A stretch of 64,000 nt of DNA from Sphyrna mokarran (taxonomy: Eukaryota). Under the pieces are notes generated by a model. That model saw nothing but the letters and a program-made list of their open reading frames with translations, was not told the origin of the DNA and did no database searches. The DNA lies in contig JAGIQG010000014.1 of NCBI GenBank assembly GCA_024679065.1, forward strand, positions 65,658,001-65,722,000. Reading direction: 5' to 3'. Shown in pieces: positions 52,861 through 64,000 of this stretch. Position 1 is the first letter of the stretch. Every line of letters starts with the position of its first letter. The translations under genes and the position numbers were made by a program.

Positions 52861-52916
52861 ATGAAAGCTTCACTGACAGGAGGGAGTATTCTGAGATAAG
52901 AAAGTTGCCTTATAAA

Positions 52917-53052
52917 GGGCAGGATTTTACAATTGCACTCACCCCAAGACCGGAAATACCAACCTGAGGTTTAACAACCTTTCAATAGTCCATCAAATTT
53001 CCATCCAGCCTGTGACAATTCCCATGGTGGGCAGGACTGGAAAATATACCCC
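52917..53052. mobile_element. Short PIF/Harbinger-like MITE
   Basis: gggcaggatttt ... aaaatatacccc. Confidence 0.6.
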
Positions 53053-53367
53053 TTTGTGTTTTGTTTTACTCTAGCCTTCTGACAATGTGGACCCTTTCAA
53101 TACAAGAGCAACTTACTCCAGATACTGGAAAATTAAAAAAATGATAAAAATTGCTGAGGTATGGCAGCATTTGTGACAAGAGGCGTGTTAATCTGAACTA
53201 TTTTCATGTCTGGCTTCATTAGCAATGTTAAAATAAACAGCCTAGAGTTCATTGATTACTAAACAATCAGTGGGAGATACATTTCTGACAAACACAAGCC
53301 ATTTAAAACTTTACTTTCCAAAGAATTCATTCACATTTCTCACATGGATCTCATGACATTTATTCTT

Positions 53368-53636
53368 CCAAGATGGTGCCAGAGCAAGGCAACTTCTTGC
53401 AAGCTGTGTCCAGCATACCTTCCAATTCTATCTTTTACTCTCATCCTATGCTTCTAAAACTTTGTTCCAACTCTTTTCTTTCTCTATACCCTTGCTTTAA
53501 CTGTATCACTGCATTCTGCACTTTCTCGTTTCCTTCTCTATGAACGGTATGTTTTCTCTAATATAGTGCACAAGAAACAATATTTTTCACTGTATATTAA
53601 TACATATGGTAATAATAAATCAAATCAAATCAAATA
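53368..53636 (+). mobile_element. Non-autonomous short element with Rex1-type tail
   Basis: caagatggtgccagagcaaggcaacttcttgcaagctgtgtccagcatacc ... aataataaatcaaatcaaatcaaat. Confidence 0.7.
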
Positions 53637-54309
53637 AGATGTCTTTCAACAACAAATAAGAAGTATTCAGCTTGCTTTATACTTACAAGGGGGGGAGGGG
53701 AAGGAGGGCGTTGTTCAACCATCCCTCCTACTATGGGAACTGTAGTGGGCGAGGGGTGGACCACTTCACCTCAGATGGGATTCTCCGGTTTTGGGGTGAG
53801 TGAGGCTGGAGAATCCCACTCATATTCATTGCCAGTAACCATGAAGAGAATTATTGATTGAGCTACTTCTGCAAATGTGGGTCACTACAATTATTAGAAT
53901 TCAATATTTCTCTTTGCTGTAATCCCTGATGGTATCACCAACATACATCAAACATAATGCAATGCTTTTAATCTCATCATCCTTCCACAATAATATTATG
54001 ATTCGATTAGTAATAGGGCAAGTGACAATAACTTGAAACCAGTTAGATACATCTGATCAATGACCTGCCAACATTGACTACTTCAGCCATCAATTTGAAC
54101 AGCACTTTAGACTGAATTAGTTGCTGGTCTTTGAGCATTCAATTTAACTATGCCTGTACTCAGCCATGGAAAAGTTCAGTAGGCTGAGAATGTAATCAAT
54201 GCATGAAGGTAAATCTGCAGCTTCAGATCACTTGTGAGTATTTTTGTCTGCTATCAATACAATTGCATTTCATCTACCACGTTACTTATTACCTGCTAAA
54301 ATGTCACTC

Positions 54310-54533
54310 AGAATAGAAACGCCACAGTGCAGAAGGAGGCCATACATCCCATCAAGTCTGTACTGGCCCTCTGACTGGCCTAGGCTTTATCCCCATTACC
54401 CACATATTTACCCTGCTAATTCCCCTAACCCCACACATGTTGGGCCATTACCAATGGCCAATTACCCTAACACATGCATCTTTAGAGTGTGGAATGAAAT
54501 GGGTCTCCCGGAGAGGAAACCCATCAGACAGGG
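54310..54533 (-). mobile_element. HE1 SINE 3' part
   Basis: acagtgcagaaggaggccat...atggccaatta...catcttt. Confidence 0.7.
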
Positions 54534-54734
54534 TTGACACTTAATCAGCCACTGCCAGGTATATGCCTCCTAGATTTTGCATTCAGCCAAAGTCGCTCAA
54601 TAGTGGCACAGCTTCAACTATTGTGGAAAGATTCAACCCATTGTTTTCTGTTCCGTGCTGGCTTGAGTCACTTCCTACCAGCTCACGCCTGCACAGGAAG
54701 GGCATGGATCCAGCTAACTTGGATGGTGGTGATT

Positions 54735-54938
54735 ATCTTTACCCAAAGGGTGGTTCGGGAGTGGAATGCCCTGCCTGCAGCAGTTGTAGATGCGCCAAGT
54801 TTGGTGGCGTTTAAGAGGTCAGTTGATAAGTATACGGAAGAGAAGGGAATGGTTTAGTTTGGAGGGGCATTGCTTTTTATATTGGTCGGCGCAACATCGA
54901 AGGCCGAAGGGCCTGTTCTGTGCTGTAATGTTCTATGT
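54735..54938 (+). mobile_element. Young CR1/HER1-type LINE 3' end
   Basis: FTQRVVREWNALPAAVVDAPSLVAFKRSVDKY; near-identical to 14032-14228. Confidence 0.9.
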
Positions 54939-54942
54939 ATTA

Positions 54943-55140
54943 GTGGGGAACTCAGTTGCTTGGGCAGTTGGTTTGTGATGCAGGGTGATGCCAACAGCAC
55001 AGGTTCAATTCCTACATCAGCTGAAGACCCGCCATCTCAACCTTGCCCCTCACCTGGGGGGTAGTGATCAACAGGAAAATCATTGCCAGTCAGCTCTCCC
55101 CCCTCAAAGTGTCGTTTGGGAATATGGAGACTTTATTTTG
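54943..55140 (+). mobile_element. tRNA SINE, third family
   Basis: B-box ggttcaattcc, then ctcaaccttgcccctcacctg...cagctctccccctcaaag; reverse copy at 62915-63037. Confidence 0.6.
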
Positions 55141-55929
55141 ACTACGTGTTGCGTTTGTGTTCACTGCTGAGCAAAGTCAGAAGAGTCAAGCTGCCAGACG
55201 ATATCTTTTGAGAGCAAGGTTGTGATAACTTGAGATATTACTCTGACAGGTGGGAGATACCAAACATTTCTTAACTTACCCCATGGTTTTAACTGAGATC
55301 AGCGATCAACTTGACTGGAAGTGACAACATATAATTCAGATGGCACACCAAATCTTCCTTCAGCTCTTCATAATGGTAAAATAAAATGTGTATTGGTTGA
55401 GTATGAATTTCCAAAGACACTGCTGATAAAACTATCCACTATTTACAATTCCTGAGATGCCTCTCGATTCTGAAATACTTTCACTGATAATAGCATTGAA
55501 GGGACAGGAGTAAACCAGACATCTTCTACAAGTTTTCCCACAGATTAGTGCAATTTTCCATCGTGCAACAGGGGTATAAACAACAGCTCCGAAAACGAAC
55601 ACCTTGCACTTGTACATTGTTGTGTAGAAAGTTCGACTTTGGGTGAATAATTCAGCAAAGTTGCTCATCTGCACCACTGTGCAATCTACTGACGTCTCTC
55701 ATAGCCATCAGAGGATGACACCACTCGGATTCATGGCATATTTCCAAAAATGTTGCACAGTGCTTTTCTTTTGGAATATGGTATAGAAACTCCACATAAT
55801 TCATTCAGAAGCTTCAGGTTTAAGCAGGTTTTAGACTAATGATATATCTTTTTGCAGCATTGTCAGCAAAACAGATGTTAAAATGTTAATATTTTAAATC
55901 GTGATTGTCACCACTCTCCTTTTGACTTT

Positions 55930-56255
55930 ATTGATGGTAAACTTCAGAACTAAGAGTTATGGTTTCAGGATAAGAGGTAAATCTTTTAGAAATGAGGTGA
56001 GGAGAGATTTCTTTACCCAGAGGGTGGTAAATGTGTGGAATTCACTACCATCGAATGTAAGGGAGGCCAAAACATTGTCTGATTTCAAGAAGAAATTAGG
56101 TATGGATCTAAAGGTTAAAGGGATCAAAGGATAAAGGAGGAAGGGGAATCAGAATATTGAATTTGATGATCAGCCATGATCAAAGTGCCTCTTCGACCTG
56201 AACAGGCTCGAAGGGCCGAATGGCCTCCCTCTGTTTCTAGTTTCTACATTTCTAT
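55930..56255 (+). mobile_element. CR1/HER1 LINE 3' end
   Basis: FRNEVRRDFFTQRVVNVWNSLP..V.EAKTLSDFKKKL; tail gaagggccgaatggcct. Confidence 0.88.
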
Positions 56256-56904
56256 CTAATCGAAAATATTCATTTGCAACCTCTTTGTACTGATGTGAAC
56301 ATTTATAAAACAAGCCACATTAGAAGCAGTTCGTTTCTAGAGTGCAAAAAACACAGTTGTCCTGATGAATTTCTGACCGCATTGACATTGCAACATTGGT
56401 GTGTGCAGTGAGCAAAAAGTAAAATCAATAATCACAGCGCACGATGAAGAGCTTTACCTTTCTTGAGCTTTCTGAATAAATTATGTAAATATTGCATCAG
56501 ATAATGCTTTTTGTATGATTTATGATCACACCTCTGTAAATGTGATTACTGATTTACCATAAATTATCAGTTCCTCCACACTGGTCAGGATATTTTGTTA
56601 ATGCCTCCCACTATGAGGCTTCCAATTCTGGAGAATGCTTGATGATTCAGAATGGAAGAAAGTCAAGTATGTTAGTGGGTGGGAAGAGAGGTTTGAACAG
56701 AGACAGAGTGGTCAACATTCCTGTACCATGCAGTTTGCAACCAAAAGTGAACGCATTTGGATGAAGTAATGGGAGAAAACAGAAGCAGATTGATTTTCTG
56801 CACTCCCACACCTCAAGAACATGGAAAAAATACATTTGATAAATAAACTTTATATACTTATGCCACTCATGAATCTCATTTTCCAAAATGAGTGAGGTGA
56901 TCTC

Positions 56905-57484
56905 TTGCATGCTGAGTGCGGTATACCTTCTAATTCTATCTTTTACTCTTGTTCTAAATTTCTAAAACTTCATTCTAACTCTTTTCAACTATTTAACAGT
57001 GCCTCCCACCAAGAGGCTTCCAATTCCAGAATCTCTTCCTACCTTGCTGTCCCAGCTCTGACTGTAACAATACACTTGCATTCTCTCATTTCCTTTTCTA
57101 TGAATGATATGCTTTGTCTATACAGCACCCAAGAAACAATACTTATCACTTAATGCTAATAAATGGGGTGGCATGGTAGCACAGTGGTTAGCATTGCTGC
57201 TTCATAGCCCCAGGGACCTGGGTTCAATAGCTGGTTTGGGACACTGTCTGCGTGGAGTTTGCACATTCTCCCCATGTCTGCGTGGCTTTCCTCTGGGTAC
57301 TCCGGTTTCCTCCCATATTCTGAAAGATGTGCTGCTGAGGCGCAATGACCTGAACAGGCGTCGGACTGTAGCGGCTCGGGGAATTTCACAGTAACTTCAT
57401 TGCAGTGTTAATGTAAGCCTTGCTTGCAACTAATGACTAAACTTCAACTTTACTTTAAATGTGACAAAATTAAATCAAATCAAA
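56905..57484 (+). mobile_element. Rex1-tailed short element with nested V-SINE (57165-57458)
   Basis: taccttctaattctatcttttactc matches 53416-53440; the SINE splits the tail, with taaatg on both sides. Confidence 0.75.
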
Positions 57485-57754
57485 ATTCATGCACATATGG
57501 AACCTCTACAATTGGTGTGTTGCAAATACTATTCAATCTTATCCTCATTTGCCATTGTGTTTCCAGGACAGTGACCTCCCCAACCATCTCAAGAATTTGC
57601 AGGCTGAAACTGCTAGCCTGGCTCCTGAAAGGCAGTGTGAGTCATAGCCCATCATTCCTGCCCAGGATGTTTCTGCCTTTGCCTAGTTATCCTACATGAT
57701 ACATCAGGTCCCATATTCTTTCTCAGTTTCTTCCCAACTCTCTTGATTATAGGT

Positions 57755-58100
57755 AGAGGTATAATGATATTGTCACTCAACATAGTATTCCAGAGATCTA
57801 GAGTAATGCTCTTGGAACCCAAGGTTTGAATACCATCACGACAGAGGGTGAAATTTGCATTGTAAAGAGATCTGATGCTAAATGTCCACCAATGACAATG
57901 AAACCATTGTCTCAAAAACCCATCTGGTTCATCAATGTCCTTCAGGGAAAGAAATCTGCCATCCTTACCCAGTCTGGCCTACATGTAACTCCAGATCCAC
58001 TGCAATGTGGTTGACCATTAAATGCCCCCTCAAGGCAATTAGGGATGGGCAATAAATGTTGGCCAGCCAGCAATGCCCATATTCCATGAAAGAATAAAAC
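57755..58100 (+). mobile_element. tRNA SINE, second family
   Basis: aaaacccatctggttcatcaatgtccttcagggaaagaaatctgccatccttacc; LINE tail. Confidence 0.82.
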
Positions 58101-58309
58101 AAAGCAGCAGAAACTCCCACAGGTCTAATCTCTCCTGCATCTGATACAGTACACAACAAGACTAATCCAATTCTATCCTATTTATTCTTTCTTCTTTGAT
58201 TCAAGTGTTCCTTGAAACAGAAGTAGACAGGTGCATTATTGCATAACCTACAATATCTTACCGTACACATTTTTTTTCAAGTGGCGCTTTGTTGGTAACT
58301 TCCGTCAAA

Positions 58310-58513
58310 GTCTGGGATTTCCCAAAGCCTCTCCATCCCAGCGGCATGTTTTCCAGTGGCGGAGGTGGCCTGCCATTAATGACTAGTGGGATCTTCCAGT
58401 TCAGCTGATGTTTATGACGTTTGTGTGGTTCGCCTGTCCTACCACTGAAGAACACACCGCAGGGGATTGGCAAATGCTCCTGATGGCTAGAAGGGCTAGA
58501 AAATATCACCCCC
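58310..58513. mobile_element. PIF/Harbinger-like MITE
   Basis: tctgggatttcc ... gaaaatatcacccc; interior gggatcttcc is shared with 7009-7351. Confidence 0.55.
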
Positions 58514-58796
58514 ATTTTGTTTCTCTTTAATCCTTCAATGGCCTATAATAGGAACTCTTTGAAGTGACTACTTTCACTTGGCTTACTGTCTCATAGATCA
58601 ATCAATCCAACAGTGACAAGCACCAGAATAGATACATCTCATACGTAGATTAATTCAATGACTTTTTTCAGGAAAGAATACTCACTGAGTCACCAGATTT
58701 ATACTACAATGCACAGGTCTGACACTTGTACCTCAAAATGAATTATGGGGGAACTGAAAAAGGTACAAAAAATATTTGCAAGGCTTATAACAATTT

Positions 58797-59152
58797 TTGT
58801 TTATTCATTCATGGGACATGGGTATCATCAGCTAGGTGAGCAGTTATTGTCCATCCCTGGTTGCCTTTGTTCAAAGGATAGTTGAGAATCGACCACATTG
58901 TTGTGTCTCTGGAGTTACATGTAGACCAGACCAGGTAAGGACGGTAGATTTAATTCCCTAAAGTACATGCGTGAACCAGATGGGTTTTCCGTCAATCATT
59001 TCATGGTCATCAGTAGATTCTAAATTCCAGATTTTTTCATTGAATGCAAATTCCACCTCCAACTATGGTGGAATTCGAATGTGGGTCTCCAGAACATTAG
59101 CTGAGTTTCTGGATTAAACGTCTAGCAATAATACCACTACGCCATTGCCTCT
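58797..59152 (-). mobile_element. tRNA SINE, second family, full length
   Basis: Reverse complement of 40836-41188. Confidence 0.85.
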
Positions 59153-60240
59153 GCAAAATCTGAGAATTTATGAGCACTCACAAAGGCTGGGGCTATTTTC
59201 ACGTGAAAAGTAAAGGCTAATGGAATGGCCTACATAAAGTTCTTCAAAATTATGAATGGATTTTCTGCCTCATGGTTGTTGGGAAAAATAGAAGAGATAC
59301 CTTTAAGAGAAAGATAAATAGATACATGAGAAAAAATAGAAAACAGAAGTTTCTGCTAAAAATGTAGGATAATGAGAGGAGCATAAAGCTAACAGGGATC
59401 AGTTGGATTGAAAGGCCTGTTTCTGTGCTGTAATCCATGAACTGTAGAGCACAGAATGATTAAGAGTGTTACAATCCGAAGAAAGATAAGTAACTTTTGC
59501 TCTAAAATGGACAAAATTTGAAATGCCAGGTATAGTCTCAGAGAAGAAAGCCACTAGATTCCAAAAAACAGAAGAGTTTTTACTATACAAGACCCAACAT
59601 AGTAAACAATTCTTTCTCACACTCATGCAGAATTAAAATGAGGTAAACACGGGTTTAACGTGAAAACTGCAACTGAGCACACAGCAAATTGCACATTAAA
59701 TGGCAGACACAAAAATGGCTCCCATGAGTTTCTCAGCAACCTACATGGGCATCAATGATAACTGAGAATAACAGAAATCCTTTAACCTCCGTCTTCCTCA
59801 TGAGGGATTTCAATTCCTCTTTATCAAGGATATAGCTTCAGGCTTCCCTCAGTAACGATTGCAACTCTGATTTCCCTAACAATTGTTTGCCTCCCATTTG
59901 CTCAATAATATCTCCTGAGGCTGGGTCCCATTGGAGTCACAAGGCTGCACCTCAGCATCTATTCACTGGCACAACTCCAGCTTTCTAGCTACTCTGAGCT
60001 GAATGACATGGGCTCCTGAGTCCCAATTCTCATCTGTGCCAAGCTATTATTGTACCTGAGCGACTGATGGCTTCCAGGATTCCTTGAGCTCTCAGGCTCA
60101 ATAGCAGTATGGAGAAAAGGCCAGCACTTCAGCTGTCTGCTCCTCACAGGCAACTTTCCCCTCTTCACATATGCATGCGTGTTATATATCTGTGATACAA
60201 ATGTGAAAGCATCTGTTTCTCACTTCAATACAGAAGAACT

Positions 60241-60531
60241 TGGGTGGCACAGTGGTTAGCACTGCTATCTCAAAACCCTAGGGACCCGAGTTTGATTACT
60301 TGCTTCGGTGACTGTCTGTGCAAAATCTGCACATTCTCCCTGTGCCTGTATGGGTTTCTTTTAGGTGCTCCAATTCCCTCTCACAGTCTGAAAGATGTGC
60401 CGGTTAGGTGCATTGGCCATGCTAAATTCTCCTTCAGCATACCAAACAAATGCCGGAATGTGGAGACTAGGGGATTTTCACAGAATTTCTATTGCAGTGT
60501 TAATGTAAGCTTCCTTGTGACTAATAAATAA
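60241..60531 (+). mobile_element. V-type SINE
   Basis: gggtggcacagtggttagcactgc...cttgtgactaataaataa. Confidence 0.88.
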
Positions 60532-60595
60532 TTTTTCTCCTCCTTGTTGATGGAAACATGGCTTCAGTTGCTCCTTTAAGTTTGCTAAGCAAAGG

Positions 60596-61027
60596 TTACT
60601 GCTCCTTAGACTTTTCCAATTTACTCATTAAATCCCAAGCTTTTTCTTTTTTTTAAGCCTTAGCTGTTTTTAAAGTCTGGATTTTCTCTTGTGGATGGTG
60701 CAGCCCATCCTTATTGCTTTCCAGATTCATTGAATCTCAAAAATTTCACTGTTCTTTTCACGACGAAGTTCCAGCAGTTCTTCAGTGATAGTTTTTAATT
60801 CTGTATTCAATCAACTGTTCTCATTCATCAGTAATTACTTTTCATCTCCAAGGCATTTTTCACGATACTCCACAGAAAGAATTGTTCCTGAAAGTTCATC
60901 AGGTTTTAATTAAAGATCTATCTTTGTTGAATTTGCTTCTACAAATTTATCATTCAGCGATCTCAAATCCTCATTCTGATGTTCTCCTTTTTGTGACAAA
61001 TGCACTATCTAACTCAGCTTTTCTGCA
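60596..61027 (-). pseudogene. TPR: Nucleoprotein TPR pseudogene fragment (N-terminal coiled coil, intronless)
   Basis: Minus translation [78 protein letters not shown], 1-nt shift, NLESNKDG..QEKIQTLKT...DLMSKLEKSKEQ* aligns without gaps to human TPR as I recall it ([90 protein letters not shown]...DLLTKLKEAKEQQ). Confidence 0.88.
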
Positions 61028-61244
61028 TGGTTTAAAGTTTCTTAAAATTCATTTATGAGTGTCACAAGTAGGCTTACATTAATAATCACATTTATTCATC
61101 CTAGACCCTCAGCTGGTGTAAGACTGCAAATGAGTCTGCTTCCTTGTCATTTTTTTTAAGTTTATTTATTAGAGAGACAAGTAGACTTACATCAACTCTG
61201 CAATGAAGTTACTGTGAAAATCCACTAATCAGCACAGTCTGGCA

Positions 61245-62410
61245 CTTGTCACTATCCAGCCTGTCAGAGAATTCTACCAGATTATGGTCACTCATCCCCA
61301 AGGGTTGTCTCACAACTAACCTTTTCTCATTACACAACAGCCAGAGTAAAATGGCCTGTTCCCTTGTTTGTTCCTCAAAGTATTGTTCCAGAGAAGCATT
61401 CTGTATACTCTCCAGAAATTCCTCTTCCATTATACTATGACTAATTTGACTCTACCAATGTATATGCAGATTAAAGTCACGCATAATCATGGGTGCTCCT
61501 TTACCACATGCATCTCTGCTTTTCCCAACATTACCATTACAGTTTGGTGGTCTGTACACCACGCCCACCAATGGTTTTTTCCCCTTGTCCCTTAACTCAA
61601 CCCATAGAGATTCCACATCATCTATGCTAATATCTTTCCACAATATCATGTCAATTTCATATTTAATCAATAATGGAATTCTATCATCTTTTCCTTTCCT
61701 CTGTCCTTCCTAAAGACTGAATAACCCTTAATATTTAATTCCATCCTTGCTCACCTTGGATCCATGTGCCATAATGCCAACTATATCACACTTCTTTACA
61801 GCCATCTGTGCAACTAATTCACCCATTTTGTTTCAAATACTCTGAGCATTCAGTACAAAACCTTAAGGTGACCACTTTTAATGCTTCTTCTCTATTTCCT
61901 AACATTTTTTGCTAGGTCCTTATCTGGTTCTAGCCCTTGATTTCTCTCCCTATCACTTTCCTTATTCTCCTTACTGTCTTTCCTTCTTGTTCATAATTTC
62001 CCCTACTCTAAATCCCATCCTATATTAATTTAAACCCACTCTAAACCCAACCATTCTAGCAAGTATCCCCAATGGACCTCATTCCCTAAGTATAACTCGT
62101 CCAGTTTCAACAGGTCCCACTTTCCCCAGAGCAGATCTCAATGCCCTAACAATCTGAAACCCTGCCCCTCATACCAATTTTTCAGTCAAGTATTTATCCT
62201 ACCTGTCCTGCTGTTTCTATTCTGACAAGCATGCAGCATAAGTAGTAATCCTGAGATCATGATCTTTGAGGTTCTATTTCCAGCTTGCTTCTGAACTCCT
62301 TATATTCTGCTTTTAGGACCTCATGTCTTTTTTAACCTATGTCATTTGTACTAATATGTACTGCGATCACTGGCTGTTCGCCTTCTCCTTTAGAATGCCT
62401 TGCAGTTGCA
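61245..62410 (-). mobile_element. CR1 LINE 5' region: ORF1 esterase remnant and ORF2 endonuclease
   Basis: LQGIL.GE.EQPVIAVHISTNDIG (SGNH-like ORF1); VESLWVELRD.KGKKPLVGVVYRPPN, RDFNL.I.W, PLGMSDHNLVEF (APE endonuclease). Confidence 0.88.
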
Positions 62411-62914
62411 GGACATTCTGCTCCTTATAAGCTCCTTTCAGCCTTGATGCATGGAGTTAGTGACATGCTGACACCTCTTTAGCTCTGGAACTACTTTGTT
62501 ACATGGATGTATTTTTGTTGTATGCCACACACGACCACGCAAATGCAGTTCCCATTCCCTACAGCTGTACAAAGAATTTAGGCACAGAGTAGGTGTGGTC
62601 TGTCTTCCTGCCACACTCTAGGCTAGAGCCCTGGGCATACCTGGAGTTGAAGTTCTCAGCCTTCATCCTGAAAACACTAGAAGAAATCCACAACTGTACT
62701 GATTTTCTCACAGAATCAAGTAGAGATTGATTCCGAGAAACCACAAACCGTTATACAGTTAAGTAATTGGCACTTCTTCGTGAGTTAAAATAATTTTTAA
62801 TGAAAGTCTCATGAAGTCCTACTAATTTGATTAATTATTTTTCATTAAATGATCTTATGCAGAGAACGTTGCAAAACGTGGGGATAAGTCTAAAGCCCTT
62901 TACTATCCATATCT

Positions 62915-63037
62915 GTAAAGTTAAAGGTAAAATTGAGTCCCAAGTGACCATAGACCACTCTCCCCTTTGAGAGGGGAGAGCTGAGTGGTGGTGATTTAAG
63001 TTGAGGATCACCACACCTTAGGTGAGAGGCAAGGTTA
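62915..63037 (-). mobile_element. tRNA SINE, third family (3' part)
   Basis: ctctcccctttgagaggggagagctg...caccttaggtgagaggcaaggtt, reverse of 55035-55140. Confidence 0.6.
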
Positions 63038-63948
63038 CAATGCTGTATGATAATCCAGCTGAGCTGCAACTCATTATCAAGATAGTCACCACTCCAAGCC
63101 ATGCAGCAATGGAAGTCCCGCTGACCATTACTCTGGGTGCAGAGATTGCTTTCAAGATGAACATTCTGACTGGAATCCTGCTCCAATATACAGCCAAAGG
63201 TGTAAATTCAGCCTAGTGGAACCAAAGGTTCATTTACTTATTTTACATGAGAAAGGGAAGACTTGAAGCATTCCTCAGAATGCTTTTCAGTAATAAAGGA
63301 GAGACATCGGGTATGGAATTAGTTAAGAAGCAGTGAAGGCCTATTGAAGAAGGGGGACCCATGCAGCAAGGAAGCCGAGTCAATATCCATATCAGAATAA
63401 ATCCCTACATGACAAATGAAAGGAAGCAATAACAGATTCTTAACTTGGACTTTCTATCTCCGAAGGCCGAAGTGTGGCATTCACCTGCATATGTTTTAAT
63501 TCTTGACCTAGTACTAATCTGTGTCGTGTGTACGATTCCACTAAAAGATTTTTTTTTAATGGGGGATGCAAGTGATAACTTTGCAGTTTGTGGAGTAATA
63601 CTTAAAAGTGGATTGAGACATAAATCTTCCTTAAATTCTTATTTGAGTCCTCCTGAGCACATAGCAGAAAGTTTGCTTAATTTTTGCGCTTCTCACACGC
63701 AACAGCAATTTCTTCTTCTTGACTTCATTCTGAAGCATGATGAATGCTTGAGGCTGCATCGTTCTTTAGTCTCTCCCAGATTTAGTATTCAGTGAATTGC
63801 TAAAGGTGTGTAACATTATCACGAGTGTCGATTTTTGGATGGAAAGTTAAATCAAAGCCTTGCTTGCTCTTTCAAGACAATTTGAAAGATCACATGACAT
63901 TGGAGGAAGAACAAGAGAGTTCTTCGCATTGCAGATGATCCTGCCATC

Positions 63949-64000
63949 TGGTGGCACACTGGTTAGCACTGCTGCCTCATGGCACCAGGGACCCAGGTTC
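63949..64000 (+). mobile_element. V-type SINE head (runs off window)
   Basis: ggtggcacactggttagcactgctgcctcatggcaccagggacccaggttc. Confidence 0.8.

Noticed and set aside
55656-55808. Small ORF MNYVEFLYHIPKEKHCATFLEICHESEWCHPLMAMRDVSRLHSGADEQLC (minus)
   Set aside because: No recognisable homology or splice context; length expected by chance.
63445-63795. 116-aa ORF or upstream continuation of TPR
   Set aside because: Neither strand resembles the TPR N-terminus or another protein I recognise.
1-64000. CRISPR arrays, operons, prokaryotic or phage systems
   Set aside because: The sequence is vertebrate-type repeat-rich DNA; recurring motifs are dispersed SINE/LINE copies, not regularly spaced repeats.

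Overview
Eukaryotic, AT-rich, repeat-dense genomic DNA. The repeat inventory (HE1/V-type tRNA SINEs, HER1/CR1 LINEs, SacSINE1-like Deu SINEs, Rex1/Babar, Penelope-like fragments) points to a cartilaginous fish, most likely a shark. I find no intact, recognisable protein-coding gene; the window looks intronic or intergenic, and most listed ORFs are repeat-derived or chance. The one clearly recognisable host-gene sequence is absent from the ORF track: an intronless, stop-disrupted fragment of nucleoprotein TPR (N-terminal coiled coil) on the minus strand at about 60596-61027. Other notable structure: near-identical young CR1-type 3' ends (recent activity), a non-tRNA short element carrying a Rex1 tail, a SINE variant with an extra shared 3' segment, decayed hammerhead-ribozyme motifs in Penelope-like fragments, many nested insertions, and a few unassigned candidate exons. 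I cannot support a claim of a new biological system. Repeat family names are from recalled consensus similarity, not a database search, and repeat boundaries are approximate.
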